The position numbers and the translations under genes are program-made. The notes under the pieces were generated by a model. The model worked only from the letters and a program-made list of their open reading frames with translations. It was not told the DNA's origin and made no database searches. 64,000 bases of DNA, from positions 289,184-353,183 of the forward strand of contig OZ246404.1 of NCBI GenBank assembly GCA_965230955.1. Reading direction: 5' to 3'. This document shows positions 1-10,363 of this stretch, in pieces (the stretch's first letter is position 1; every line of letters starts with the position of its first letter). Source of the DNA: an uncultured Candidatus Saccharibacteria bacterium (GTDB lineage Bacteria; Patescibacteriota; CALEFQ01).

Positions 1-2159
1 TGAATCCTAACGATCCGGCTTATCCTAATGACTTCCTGGTATCTCAATGGAATTGGATTCTCAAGAGTGCGACTGTTCGGGTTCAGGCCGGTCCGGTTGT
101 ATCTCCGACACCGACTCCGACACCGACCCAGCAACCTCATGCCAAATTGCAAAAAACAGTGGCGAAAGCCGGCGTGGTCCAGCCGGGCAGTGCCACCACT
201 GTCAAACCGGGCGATACGGTTGAATATACGATTCAGCTGACAAATGACGGCAATCAGGATTTGCACAATATGAAAGTCATAGATAACTACGATACTACCC
301 ATCTGGAAAATATCGCGATTACTCAAGGCGCCCAGTGTCCGACAGTTACGAATGACCAGGTTTGTTTTTCCTTGGGAACGGTGTCGGCTTCCTCTCCGTC
401 CGCGGTGCCGGTGCTGAAGTACACGGCCAAAGTAAAATCAACCGCGCCGCAAAACACGGAAGTTAATAACAATGCCAATTGTATTTCCGATGAATTTCCC
501 GTGACTGGCGGAGGCGGTATTGCCGAAGCTTGCCATGCGTCTGCGATGTTCAAAGTTAACCAAGAAATTTTGCCGGTATCGGGCTATGAATTATGGGTCA
601 ATAAAGAGGTCGACAAGGCTTCTGCCAAGGTTGGCGATAAGCTCACTTATACCACTACCGCTGGCAACAAAGGCAAAAGTTCGGCCAACCATGTCTGGAT
701 GATTGATTCTCTCCTTTTCGCTGAAAACGGGCAGGTCGTCTTATCTCAATTGCAACAAGCCTTTGGGACGCTAAGTTTAAGCGCTAATGTTCTCGAAGTA
801 CAAGGCGCCTTGCAAAAAGGATTAGGCATAACCGATTCGGCTGCCTCCGCGGTTACCGACAATACGTCTCGGGTTTTCAAAAATAAACTTGGCGATGATG
901 CCACAACGGGACTGGAAATTTCTTCGACCGGTCCGGCTCAGGAAATCCTGGATCTCGACCGCGATGGCATCAAGGATACTATTATTCATCTGAAAGATGC
1001 GACTTGGGACGGAACCAGCGGCGGAGTACAGGCGCCTCATACCCAGAAACCTTACACCGGCGTCCGCAAAGATCTCGCGCCCGGTGACCACAAAATCATC
1101 AACACCGGATTAGTCGTTAAATTCAAAGATACCGGCGCGCCTGAAATTTATAATGATCCGGCTGATACGCTGGTCAAAGTTCCGGGTGTCTTGGAACAAA
1201 ATCCGGTTATCGGCGTGACCAAAACCGTTTCCGATACCGATGAAACCAATAAAACCTCAAATACCGCGGTAGCCGGCGAGGCGATGTCCTATACCGTTAC
1301 TTATACCAATACCGGTGCCGGTATGGCTCGCGGCGCTTTCATCGAAGATGATTATGACGAGCGCTATATCAAAATCACCGACGCCGCCGGTTCGCAAGAC
1401 AGCGGTTCGGCTTTGATGTGGTCTCTCGGAAATGTGGCGGCCGGACAAACTGTGTCAAAAACATTCAAAGTCGCCATCAATAGCAACCTGGCCGAGGTCG
1501 GAGCGACCTTCAAAAATGTCGGAATTGTCGGTGCCCAGGGTCAGCCGAATAAATCAGCTGAAACCACCACCACTGTTCCGGTGAAAACTTCTCCCAGCGA
1601 TCAACCGTATCTGGTTGATTCCAAAATTGTAGTTAATGAAAACGGCGGCGCGGTTCAGCCCGGTGATACTCTGCGCTACACGGTGACCATTGAAAACAAA
1701 GGCAAAGCGGCGGCGACCAATGTTTCGGCCGATGACACGCTGCCTTCTTCTCTGGAAAACCTCAAGATCGTAAGTATCCCGACCGGCGCCAAGGATGAAA
1801 CCTCCGGCAATAAAATAAAGATTTCCGGTTTCACGGTCAACGCCGGCGCTTCGGTGCAGATTGTGTATACCGCTCAGGTTAAAGCGGGAGTAGCAAACGG
1901 CACAAAGATTACCAATGACGTGGTTGTACTTTACGGCACTACCGGTGGACGCGCCACCGGCGTAGCCACGGGCCGAGTCGGCTCCGCTTTCACCGGTCCG
2001 AATACCGGTAGCGCTGAGGCCAACTTGATCGAAGCCGGCGTGGCGAAAGCCGCGGAAACCGGCGCCAATTCTCTCACGACCGCTCTGGTTGTGATCGGAC
2101 TGGCGATTGCTACCGGTATCACCGCGGTGGTACTGCGCAAACGGTCATTGGTCAGCTAA
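1..2159 (+). CDS. Large surface protein with DUF11-type Ig-like repeats and a sortase-like C-terminal anchor (5' end outside window)
   Basis: Frame open from window edge; repeated 'KTV...PGDT.(E/R)YT(I/V)...N.G' modules; ends AAETG + hydrophobic helix + RKR. Confidence 0.75.
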   Translation, partial: NPNDPAYPNDFLVSQWNWILKSATVRVQAGPVVSPTPTPTPTQQPHAKLQKTVAKAGVVQPGSATTVKPGDTVEYTIQLTNDGNQDLHNMKVIDNYDTTHLENIAITQGAQCPTVTNDQVCFSLGTVSASSPSAVPVLKYTAKVKSTAPQNTEVNNNANCISDEFPVTGGGGIAEACHASAMFKVNQEILPVSGYELWVNKEVDKASAKVGDKLTYTTTAGNKGKSSANHVWMIDSLLFAENGQVVLSQLQQAFGTLSLSANVLEVQGALQKGLGITDSAASAVTDNTSRVFKNKLGDDATTGLEISSTGPAQEILDLDRDGIKDTIIHLKDATWDGTSGGVQAPHTQKPYTGVRKDLAPGDHKIINTGLVVKFKDTGAPEIYNDPADTLVKVPGVLEQNPVIGVTKTVSDTDETNKTSNTAVAGEAMSYTVTYTNTGAGMARGAFIEDDYDERYIKITDAAGSQDSGSALMWSLGNVAAGQTVSKTFKVAINSNLAEVGATFKNVGIVGAQGQPNKSAETTTTVPVKTSPSDQPYLVDSKIVVNENGGAVQPGDTLRYTVTIENKGKAAATNVSADDTLPSSLENLKIVSIPTGAKDETSGNKIKISGFTVNAGASVQIVYTAQVKAGVANGTKITNDVVVLYGTTGGRATGVATGRVGSAFTGPNTGSAEANLIEAGVAKAAETGANSLTTALVVIGLAIATGITAVVLRKRSLVS

Positions 2160-2183
2160 TACACAGTGAATTTGTTTCTCGAT

Positions 2184-2224
2184 ATCCAGGTGTGGCCTGC
2201 CGATTCGGCAGGCTGCACCTGGAT
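2184..2224. repeat. Nested palindrome ATCCAGGTG-(GCCTGCCG ATT CGGCAGGC)-CACCTGGAT
   Basis: Inverted repeat; near-identical copy at 18341-18377. Confidence 0.8.
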
Positions 2225-2235
2225 TTGTTAAATTG

Positions 2236-2269
2236 AAAAGCTCTCTCGCGACGGCGAGAGAGCTTTTCA
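2236..2269 (+). terminator. Intrinsic terminator-like hairpin
   Basis: AAAAGCTCTCTCGC GACG GCGAGAGAGCTTTT. Confidence 0.6.
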
Positions 2270-2298
2270 AATATAGCGGGAGGGAGTAGGGTAAGAGT

Positions 2299-3069
2299 AT
2301 GAAGTCCAAAAACACATCCTCTAATGATGCTACGGCTCAAGTTTATGACATTGTCTGGGGGCCATTCACTAATCGAACCAAAACGGAACGAGAAGTGAAA
2401 TTCGTTTCCCGGCGCATTCGAGCCGGCGGAACCATTTTGGATCTGGGCTGTGGCACGGGGCGCCATTTGATTCCTTTGGCCCGGCGCGGATACCGCCTGG
2501 TCGGCATAGATAATTCCCGAAAGATGCTTGATATTCTGCGAAAAAAAATATCCGCGCACATGTTTCCACCCCGCCTGATTTTCGGTGATTTGCAGAGAAA
2601 AATAAAATTGCCCTTGGCTGACGGGGCAATTTGTTTTTGGAATGCTTTTTGTGAAATGGCGCTGACACCGGCGGCGGCCAAGCGAATTTTCCGGGCGGTC
2701 AATCAATCACTGAAAAAGCCGGGGATGTTTTTAATCGAGACGCCTAATCCGTTGATCATGGATTTGCGGGCCGGAGAATTCAGGAATTCGATCAGCCGGC
2801 GCGGAATCAAATATGATATACGGTTTTGGATAAAACATTATGATGTCAGGCGTAAAATTTTGACGGCGGAAGAGGAAGTGACCATTATCCGAAAAGGGCA
2901 GGTGTCGATAAAGCTCCGAGCGGCGTGCCGGCAGAAACTGTGGTCGGCGCGCGAACTCAAACTTTTGGCGCGCCAAGCCGGTTTGGCGCACCAGGAATTG
3001 CGGGGCGATGGTTTTGGCCGATTTTCTCGGGGATCTTCCCGCCATCAGATACAGGTGTTCTCGAAGTAA
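2299..3069 (+). CDS. Class I SAM-dependent methyltransferase
   Basis: ILDLGCGTGRH motif I; GIDNS; LKKPG. Confidence 0.85.
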   Translation: MKSKNTSSNDATAQVYDIVWGPFTNRTKTEREVKFVSRRIRAGGTILDLGCGTGRHLIPLARRGYRLVGIDNSRKMLDILRKKISAHMFPPRLIFGDLQRKIKLPLADGAICFWNAFCEMALTPAAAKRIFRAVNQSLKKPGMFLIETPNPLIMDLRAGEFRNSISRRGIKYDIRFWIKHYDVRRKILTAEEEVTIIRKGQVSIKLRAACRQKLWSARELKLLARQAGLAHQELRGDGFGRFSRGSSRHQIQVFSK

Positions 3070-3074
3070 TCAAA

Positions 3075-3138
3075 AAAACTCCCCCCACACTCAGGATTTG
3101 AAATATCCTTTCCAATGCCTGAGTGTGTGGGGAGTTTT
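3075..3138. repeat. CCCCACACTCA...TGAGTGTGGGG palindromic element, copy 1
   Basis: Terminal inverted repeats shared with 45342, 53851, 59387; between convergent genes. Confidence 0.8.
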
Positions 3139-3148
3139 AAATTGGAGC

Positions 3149-5323
3149 CTAGGGATTACCCAACATGATGCCGACAACCTTCGAGCCGTTGAGGAGATAG
3201 GCTTTGTTGGTGGTTTCATCTATGGCCATCCCGCGCAGATCGGTGAAGGTATCGGAGATGTATTGGTTTTTCATTTGACCGTCTTTGTCGAAAACCACCA
3301 GGCGTTTGTTTTGAGGATCGAGTATATAAATGCTGGCGGAATTTTCGTTGGTATAAATGGCGGTCGGCTGGTTTAGCGGAGTAGTCATTTCTCCCAGGTT
3401 GAATTCTTGGCGATTGCCGCGCAGAAATTTCAGTACCCGGCCGTCGCTGGTCAGGACATAAACCGAGCCGTCAATAGTGAGGTCTACCGCGCCGCTGAGA
3501 TCAACATCTTCCGTTAGCCAGTTGCTGGGCTTGGAAAAACCGCCGACTGTCAGTGAATGGCGTTGAATTCGATTATTGGCCGGATCAAGCGTGTAGAGCC
3601 GGTTCCCGAAAAGGCTAAGGGCCACGATTTGTTGGTCGGCGGGGAGCTCCGCGTCGGCTTCGTCCACGCTGGTGCCGTTAAAGGTGAAGCTGATCAGGGC
3701 CGGACTCGAGGATAGCAGAGCGACTTCTTTTTCGCTGTTGGCGATTGCTTTCAGCTGACCGGATGTTTTAACTTCCACGGCTTCAAATTTTTTGTCGCTC
3801 AGAAGATAAGTGTAAATTGAAGGCTGATTGGGATTGTATGAGGCCAAATATTTATCAGCCAGGATTAAGCCTTGGGGATTCACTCCGTTGCCCAGAGTGG
3901 AAAAATCTGCAACTGATTCCGGATTTTCCACCAGGGTGATGTGGTTGAGGCGCTGGCGTTCTTTTTCGATTTGGGCCAGAACGGCGGCGGCTTCATCATT
4001 GCGGTATTTAGTGGCTTGGACATCCTCGGCAATCTTTTGCGACTCATCTAATAATTGGCGCGCCTTGGCGTCGTTGCCGTAGATCAGAGCGGCCTGAGCC
4101 TCTTCTTGTTTCTGGCGGGCTTCGGTGGTGAGATTGTTGTATATCGCTCGTTGTTCTTGTGTCTGTTTACCGCCTTGTACCGCGAATAGGCTGATCAAAA
4201 AGGCGATGATCAGCGCCACAACGACAATGAAGAGTATTTTGCTGGTTTTGGGCAGCTTGTTGAACCAAGTGACGAATGATTCCCAGATTACTTTGCTTAA
4301 GTTCTGAATTGTCAGTAATAATTTTTTCCACCAGGGTTTGCGGCGCAAATCGGTATAAGCATAGGGCTTCCGGCTGGTGAGCGGTTCTTGGAGAGAGGGA
4401 GCCGCAGCGGATGGTTTTGGAGTTCTGGCAGTTTTGTCGTTTGACGCGATTTTCTTCCCTTTGAGTAACGGTAAAATTGTATTCTTGGTGCCGGAGGCTG
4501 TCTTGGCCGCGATTGAACGCAGGATGCGTGATGTTCGAGCTAAGGCTCCCGGGGTCTGTCGGGGAGTGGCGCCGGCTCGGGGCGCGCTTTCCGACTTAAC
4601 GGTGATATTTGGCATTGCGGCCGGTGCGGGGAGAGGTGACTTGGCCGGATCGGCTGCACTGACAATCAAGGCCGCCATGGCTTTCTTTTCCTGGAAAGAC
4701 ACCAATTTGCTCTGCAGGTGGCGTGCCGCAATATCAGGGGTAAAACGATCGATAATTTCTTTTATCTTTGGTTTTTCGATGTAGTCGAGGATGGAAGGTG
4801 AGAGAAAGACGAACTTGTCGTCGGGATTGAGTTTGCCGTTGATTATATTTTCGTAAGTTTTGAGAGGGTTGGGTTTTAGCGGAACCGAAGAGCTCTCTTT
4901 ATTGAGATGGGCCAGCTGTTGTCGGCGAACCAGAAAGGCGGAAGCGAGTCCGGAAGAAGTCAGGAATATTTCCTCTCCGACGATGGCGGTGATAACGCTG
5001 TTTAGTTTTCCGATCCAGCTGATTTCTCCGGCGGAGGCGAGGTCGCCCAGGATATCATTGACGCGCTTGATGGCGTACTCGAATTGTTGCTCGGCGGTTC
5101 GCTCGCTGGGGTGGTAGTATTCGTTTTGCATGATGGAAGCGATCGCTTCGGAAATTTCGGCGGTCTTGGGTGTTTTTTCGTCCGAGCTGATTAAGATCAT
5201 TAATCGTCCGTATGGTTCTTCTTCTTTTTCTTCCGGCTCAAAAACAAAAGTTTCAGCGAAGCCTTCGGAGGCATCGGGATTATAAATCAAAAGTTCGCTG
5301 ACGGTGGTATGTAGTTTGGGCAT
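3149..5323 (-). CDS. Bitopic membrane protein: PP2C-like N-terminal fold, TM helix, C-terminal NHL-type beta-propeller
   Basis: TM at about aa 363-383; repeats 'LYTLDPANNRI', 'IYILDPQNKRLVVFDKDG'. Confidence 0.6.
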   Translation of the reverse strand: MPKLHTTVSELLIYNPDASEGFAETFVFEPEEKEEEPYGRLMILISSDEKTPKTAEISEAIASIMQNEYYHPSERTAEQQFEYAIKRVNDILGDLASAGEISWIGKLNSVITAIVGEEIFLTSSGLASAFLVRRQQLAHLNKESSSVPLKPNPLKTYENIINGKLNPDDKFVFLSPSILDYIEKPKIKEIIDRFTPDIAARHLQSKLVSFQEKKAMAALIVSAADPAKSPLPAPAAMPNITVKSESAPRAGATPRQTPGALARTSRILRSIAAKTASGTKNTILPLLKGKKIASNDKTARTPKPSAAAPSLQEPLTSRKPYAYTDLRRKPWWKKLLLTIQNLSKVIWESFVTWFNKLPKTSKILFIVVVALIIAFLISLFAVQGGKQTQEQRAIYNNLTTEARQKQEEAQAALIYGNDAKARQLLDESQKIAEDVQATKYRNDEAAAVLAQIEKERQRLNHITLVENPESVADFSTLGNGVNPQGLILADKYLASYNPNQPSIYTYLLSDKKFEAVEVKTSGQLKAIANSEKEVALLSSSPALISFTFNGTSVDEADAELPADQQIVALSLFGNRLYTLDPANNRIQRHSLTVGGFSKPSNWLTEDVDLSGAVDLTIDGSVYVLTSDGRVLKFLRGNRQEFNLGEMTTPLNQPTAIYTNENSASIYILDPQNKRLVVFDKDGQMKNQYISDTFTDLRGMAIDETTNKAYLLNGSKVVGIMLGNP

Positions 5324-5555
5324 AATGTCATTCTCAAAATAAATATCTGTTTTTTTGAGGGTGTTTTCTCGAAGCGACAGTTAAAATGCAGATGACCAAA
5401 GACGTAATTTAGTATAGTATCTTTGCCTGGTTTTCGCAAGGGGAAAATTTTTCTCGATTTGGCGTTGATTTGGAAACAATTTTTATGTTTGAGTCTGTTC
5501 TTAAGCCCGTGTCTCGGAAATCGAGGGGAGTGATATAGGGGAATTGGGACTAAAA

Positions 5556-5626
5556 TTGTTCGGGCTGAACAAAATATCTTTACAACTGAACAACGGTCTT
5601 ATATACTAACTAAATATATGTGTTCA
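5556..5626. promoter_or_regulatory. Candidate operator TTGTTC-N5-GAACAA with extra GAACA/TGTTC half-sites
   Basis: Palindrome 5556-5572, CTGAACAA 5586-5593, TGTTCA 5621-5626, upstream of an HTH regulator. Confidence 0.45.
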
Positions 5627-5737
5627 TCATGTCTCGCCCAATGCTATCTCGGTGTGGCGGATGCTTCCGATCTGGGGCTATTGCTAAATTCGGTATCGGA
5701 GCGGCTTAATACTATTCATAATCCCTAATATTTTCAT

Positions 5738-6316
5738 ATGCTGGAACATCTTTTTAGCTCAAAAGTCCGAATCAAACTTCTCAGTCTCTTCCTGCTCAAT
5801 CCCGACCAGACTTATTATGTTCGGGAATTGACTCGTCGTCTCAATGAGCGAATCAACTCCATTCGGCGGGAGCTTGATAATCTTCAGAAATTGGGCTTGT
5901 TGGTCAGCCATACGGAAGACCGCAAAAAATACTACACCGTTAATCGCGATTTTGAAATTTTTGAAGAATTGCGCTCGCTGATTATCAAATCCGGCGTTAC
6001 GCCGCAGGAAAAAGCTATGCGGATGCTCCAGGCTCTGAAAGGCGTACACTTGGTCATTTTAACCGGCGTTTTTACTCAGCAAAGATTGCCCAAGACCGAT
6101 TTGTTGTTGGTTGGCGCGCCGAAGCGAGAAAAACTTCTGGACGCAGTGGCCGAGCTGGAAAAGACTGTCGGCAAGCAGATTCGGTATTCCGTGATTGATC
6201 AAAATGAGTATGATTACCGCCGTACCATGCATGATTTATTTTTGAGCGATATCGTTTCCAGTGAACACATCAAAGTATTAGATAGAACACCAAAGAAAAA
6301 AGAAGTGAAACAATAG
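5738..6316 (+). CDS. Winged-helix transcriptional regulator with C-terminal nucleotidyltransferase-like fold
   Basis: 'LFSSKVRIKLL...YYVRELTR...INSIRREL' HTH; 'LTGVF...TDLLLVG'. Confidence 0.75.
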   Translation: MLEHLFSSKVRIKLLSLFLLNPDQTYYVRELTRRLNERINSIRRELDNLQKLGLLVSHTEDRKKYYTVNRDFEIFEELRSLIIKSGVTPQEKAMRMLQALKGVHLVILTGVFTQQRLPKTDLLLVGAPKREKLLDAVAELEKTVGKQIRYSVIDQNEYDYRRTMHDLFLSDIVSSEHIKVLDRTPKKKEVKQ

Positions 6317-6461
6317 TCGCGGCCAATGCTTAGAATACAAGAATAGCCAAGAAAGATAATTCTTGGCTATTTTTAGTTTCAGCTATTTTATATGCTTTTT
6401 CGCTTATCCCCTTGTCGGAAATATTTAGGTGTGCTATAATAAGTCTAGGTAAAAACAGCGG

Positions 6462-9140
6462 GTGATCTTATTCATGTATATGAAAGCACCCTCTTTTTTT
6501 AGGCTCAAACAACCGATTGAGCTAGGCTCGGTATTCTTGGCTGTATTGGTAACTTTGTTTTTGGTTAATAATAGCCTAAATGTTCAGGCGCAATTGCCCC
6601 AGGACTTGAATCTTGCCCAACCGGCCGATAAGGCCATTGGTGGTCAAGACGACGGTCGGGCCGATGCGCTTTTTATATTTTCAGCCGAAAGTGATACTCA
6701 GATGCGGACGACAATTGATCAGATTGAACAACAAAACGGCACGGTGACTAATCGTTTTCCGCCAAAAATCGCTTGGGGAAAATTGCCGCGCGACCAGGCC
6801 GGTCAAGTCGATCAGTTGCCGGGAGTCGAGGCGGTTCGTTTCGAGCAGGTCGATCCCTCTGATTTCGGTATTATCGATCCAGCTTCTATGGCCGGAATAA
6901 ATTCATGGAACGCTCATTTTGTGGCGGCGCCGGTGAAACCGGATAGCGGCCAGCCTTTAGTCAAAGATGATCTCGCTCCCGCGCCGAACTTGGATGGTCG
7001 CGCGGCAAAATTGGCTGGTATGGCTCAGCCCGATGCCCGGCAAGCCCGGTCCAATGATGCCTATCGGGCTCCGAACGGTGCCGGGTTTTATGATACGACG
7101 GAATACATGGCCGGCAATATTTCGGTGGCGGTGATTTTGCCCGAGAGTACCGGGGCCATTGACGCACAGACTGAATCCTGGGATTTGGCGCGCGAATCAG
7201 CCGTGGCGACTGAAGTCCAAAACGGCGTCAATTGGTGGTACAATCGAGAGCCGGCGGCGCAGATGTCTTTTACCTATCATTTTTATTACGGACGGACCGA
7301 TAGCCGGGCGCGCACCAGTTATGAGCCGATCACGCGAGCGGCTGATCCGTACGGCGAAAACGGCGAAAACTTATGGGTCAGTGAGATTATGCATAATTTC
7401 GGATATAGCGATTCGCAACGGCTGGACAAAGTCCGTCACTTCAACAACGATATGCGCGAATCGGACGGCTCGGATTGGGCGGTAACGTATTTTGTGGCGG
7501 ACAGTCTCAATGACGGCAATGGCGCTTTTGCCGATAACTATTTTGCCTACATGTGGATCGGCGGGCCGTATTCGGTCATGACTTATGACAACGACGGCTA
7601 CAGCATTTCAAATATGGACGCGGTCACGGCTCATGAATTTGGCCACGCTTTCTATGCCAACGATCAATATTCTTCGGCGTGTTCTTGCGACGAGCACCGC
7701 GGGTATTTGGATTATTATAATTATAACTGTGAAAATTCTTGCCCGCATAATGTTTATAGTATTATGCGCGGCCAGATATATCCTTATTCGGTCGGAGCGG
7801 TCGATATGTACGCCCGGGGGCAACTCGGAATCATCGATACTGAGCGTAATGGAATATTAGATGTGCTGGAAACGGCCCCGGATATTGAAATAGGCGAAGT
7901 GGAAGGGGGAATCGGCACGACCCATCCCACCATGACCGGCAGTACTTCGGTCACAAAAGTGGAAAACAAAAATCCTTACGGTCTGGGGAACGATATCACG
8001 GTGGCTAAAATTTCTACCGTTCAATGCCGGGCGGACGACGGCGAATGGGAAGAGGGCGAGGCGAACGATGGCGGTTTTAATGAAACGTCCGAAGATTTTT
8101 CTTGTTCACTGAATATTTCTCGCGGACGGCATACGATCGAGGTACGTTCCCGGGATAACTATAACAATTACAGCGAGACGAAAAAAATCACCCTTTCTTC
8201 CGGCGAGGCGCGGATTATTACTGTCCCTGGCAACGGCGGCGGACCGCAAGTGCGGGAGTTTTCTACCGCCGGCAAGACTCAACCGGAAAGTTTTTTTGCC
8301 TTTCCTTCTTATACTCGCAACGGCGCTCGGGTCAGTACCGGTGACGTCGATAAAGACGGAGGCGTGGAAATCGTAGCCGGTAGCGGGATCGGCGCCCAGC
8401 CGCACGTGGTGGTTTATGAAAAAAACGGTTCCAAGCGCGGCATCGATTATCGTCCCTTTGCTTCTTCTTTCCGAGGCGGAGTTGATGTGGCCAGCGGCGA
8501 TGTCGACGGTGACGGCAAAGATGAAATTGTCACCAGTCAGTTTACTCAGGGGCATCAAGTAAAAGTTTACCGCTATAATTCCAGCCGACAGATATTGGCG
8601 ACTTTTTCTCCTTTTGGGAAAATCACGGCGGGAGTGACGGTGGCGACCGGCGATGTTGATGAAGACGGGGTTAAGGAAGTAATTTGCGGCGCCAGTGTCG
8701 GGGGCGGGCCGCACATCCGGGTTTATGATATGAAAAACGGCCAGGCGGTCCTGAAATCAAATAGTTTCTTCGCTTTTCATAAAGATTCGCGTACTGGAGT
8801 TGATGTGTCCAGTGGCGATGTTAATGCCGACGGCGTTGATGAAATCGTGGTCAGCCAGCTTTATAACGGCGAGGCTTGGATGAAAGTCTATCAGTATAAT
8901 TCCGCTCGCACCGTTCTTGGTTCCTGGCGAGCTTTTCCGGCGGGCGTGGAGTGCGGCGCCAACGTGGAGATGATGGATGTTGATGGCGACGGACGCAGTG
9001 AAATACTGGTGGGACCGAATACCGGCGGCGGGCCGCAGGTGCGAGCCTTCGAGTACAATGGGACAGCCAAGAGTTTAAATTTCTTCGCTTATAGCAAAAG
9101 TTTCCGCGGCGGCGTCGTGCCGACGGGGGGATACTTCTAA
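6462..9140 (+). CDS. Secreted zinc metalloprotease with Ig-like domain and C-terminal FG-GAP/VCBS-like repeats
   Basis: Signal/TM; HEFGH; repeated GDVDGDG.DEI motifs; start may be ATG 6474/6480. Confidence 0.75.
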   Translation: MILFMYMKAPSFFRLKQPIELGSVFLAVLVTLFLVNNSLNVQAQLPQDLNLAQPADKAIGGQDDGRADALFIFSAESDTQMRTTIDQIEQQNGTVTNRFPPKIAWGKLPRDQAGQVDQLPGVEAVRFEQVDPSDFGIIDPASMAGINSWNAHFVAAPVKPDSGQPLVKDDLAPAPNLDGRAAKLAGMAQPDARQARSNDAYRAPNGAGFYDTTEYMAGNISVAVILPESTGAIDAQTESWDLARESAVATEVQNGVNWWYNREPAAQMSFTYHFYYGRTDSRARTSYEPITRAADPYGENGENLWVSEIMHNFGYSDSQRLDKVRHFNNDMRESDGSDWAVTYFVADSLNDGNGAFADNYFAYMWIGGPYSVMTYDNDGYSISNMDAVTAHEFGHAFYANDQYSSACSCDEHRGYLDYYNYNCENSCPHNVYSIMRGQIYPYSVGAVDMYARGQLGIIDTERNGILDVLETAPDIEIGEVEGGIGTTHPTMTGSTSVTKVENKNPYGLGNDITVAKISTVQCRADDGEWEEGEANDGGFNETSEDFSCSLNISRGRHTIEVRSRDNYNNYSETKKITLSSGEARIITVPGNGGGPQVREFSTAGKTQPESFFAFPSYTRNGARVSTGDVDKDGGVEIVAGSGIGAQPHVVVYEKNGSKRGIDYRPFASSFRGGVDVASGDVDGDGKDEIVTSQFTQGHQVKVYRYNSSRQILATFSPFGKITAGVTVATGDVDEDGVKEVICGASVGGGPHIRVYDMKNGQAVLKSNSFFAFHKDSRTGVDVSSGDVNADGVDEIVVSQLYNGEAWMKVYQYNSARTVLGSWRAFPAGVECGANVEMMDVDGDGRSEILVGPNTGGGPQVRAFEYNGTAKSLNFFAYSKSFRGGVVPTGGYF

Positions 9141-9206
9141 CAAGTAACTGGTAACAGATAACAAGTAACAAAAAAGACGCCCGCCGATTAGGCGAGAGTC
9201 TTTTTT
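9138..9206. repeat. TAACAAG heptamer array followed by a terminator-like hairpin
   Basis: TAACAAG TAACTGG TAACAGA TAACAAG TAACA starting at the stop codon, then AAAAAGAC...GTCTTTTTT. Confidence 0.7.
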
Positions 9207-9229
9207 CATTAGTGATATTTTGAGGCAAA

Positions 9230-9658
9230 CTATTTTTCCCGGTAGCGGTAGTCATAAGTCGCGTAGGCGACTGTCAGCTCTTCGCCTTTTTTTATCTCCC
9301 GAGAGGTGGTGAAATTTACGCCCTCTTGCGCTATCTTTAGATTCGGGGCATCGGAAGTATTGAGAAAAAAAGATATATCCATGCCGTTCAGGGCGCAATC
9401 GGGAACGGAAATCATGCCATCGGCTTCGGTCACATAAAAATCATAGATCATTTTTTGGACTTCCGGATCTAATGTTTTTAATTCAGCCGGGCTGAATTTG
9501 TACCATTGATGTTTCGTGACTCCGGGAAAGGGATTGGTATTTTGGGGGATATCTCTGATCGCAAAAATTCCGATTCCGGCGATAGCCGATGTCTTCAAGC
9601 GGCAGTAGGTATTTTTTAGGTTTTCTAATAGTTGTTTCTTGTCGGGTGGCGTAATCAT
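9230..9658 (-). CDS. SET-domain protein (putative lysine methyltransferase)
   Basis: 'SAIAGIGIFAIRDI', 'FFLNTSDAPN', 'REIKKGEELTVAY'. Confidence 0.8.
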   Translation of the reverse strand: MITPPDKKQLLENLKNTYCRLKTSAIAGIGIFAIRDIPQNTNPFPGVTKHQWYKFSPAELKTLDPEVQKMIYDFYVTEADGMISVPDCALNGMDISFFLNTSDAPNLKIAQEGVNFTTSREIKKGEELTVAYATYDYRYREK

Positions 9659-9918
9659 AATTTATATTTATTTCGAATCGACCGCTCCTGAATTATAGTT
9701 AATATGGGAGCAGGTGGCAAATCCGGCTGGTCGGTAAAAATTTTTAAAAATCACAATTTTATCATTCGTTTCAGCTTTTCGGAGCTTGAATAATTTTGGC
9801 TTTGACGGAAGTCGGTGCTAACTCTGTGTATGGGCTAATTATTGACAGAGACCGTCTTGTGTGTTATAGATACATTATCTGAACTGGTTGGCAGTTTCAG
9901 TCTTGAAAGGAGGCGGTT

Positions 9919-10281
9919 ATGCTACCATATGTGGAAACGCGACGTTGTTTTGCACTTCCTCGTAGGTGCAGGGAAGGAAATTTCGAGATTCCAGCCTCGC
10001 AGAATCTATTTTGGCTGGAAGAAGTTGGTTCAGGAGAATTTGTCATCGTTTCTCAATCCGTTATTGACAAAATTCCCGAATCGGACAGGATTTCGGTGGC
10101 TGATTCCAGTTGCCAGCCCGAGTTTGCTGTTTATGACGTTGCGGGGACTCTGATGCCATCGGGAGAGTTCTGGTTGCCTTGTGAAGAGGCAACAAAAAAA
10201 GGACAAATGGTTTTCCGGCTCACGGCCGAGATGGTTCAGGTCCATTTGCCGAATTCTTTCCGGATTTTTCAGGAACCATAG
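9919..10281 (+). CDS. Hypothetical protein
   Basis: AAAGGAGG at 9906-9913; own TTGACA-N17-TATAGA promoter from 9842; hairpin downstream. Confidence 0.55.
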   Translation: MLPYVETRRCFALPRRCREGNFEIPASQNLFWLEEVGSGEFVIVSQSVIDKIPESDRISVADSSCQPEFAVYDVAGTLMPSGEFWLPCEEATKKGQMVFRLTAEMVQVHLPNSFRIFQEP

Positions 10282-10363
10282 TCAATCTGGTGCTTGCCTC
10301 CCGATTCATTTGCGGGAGGCTTTTTCTATTGACCGAACGAGCCGCTTGTCCTACGCTACAGAT

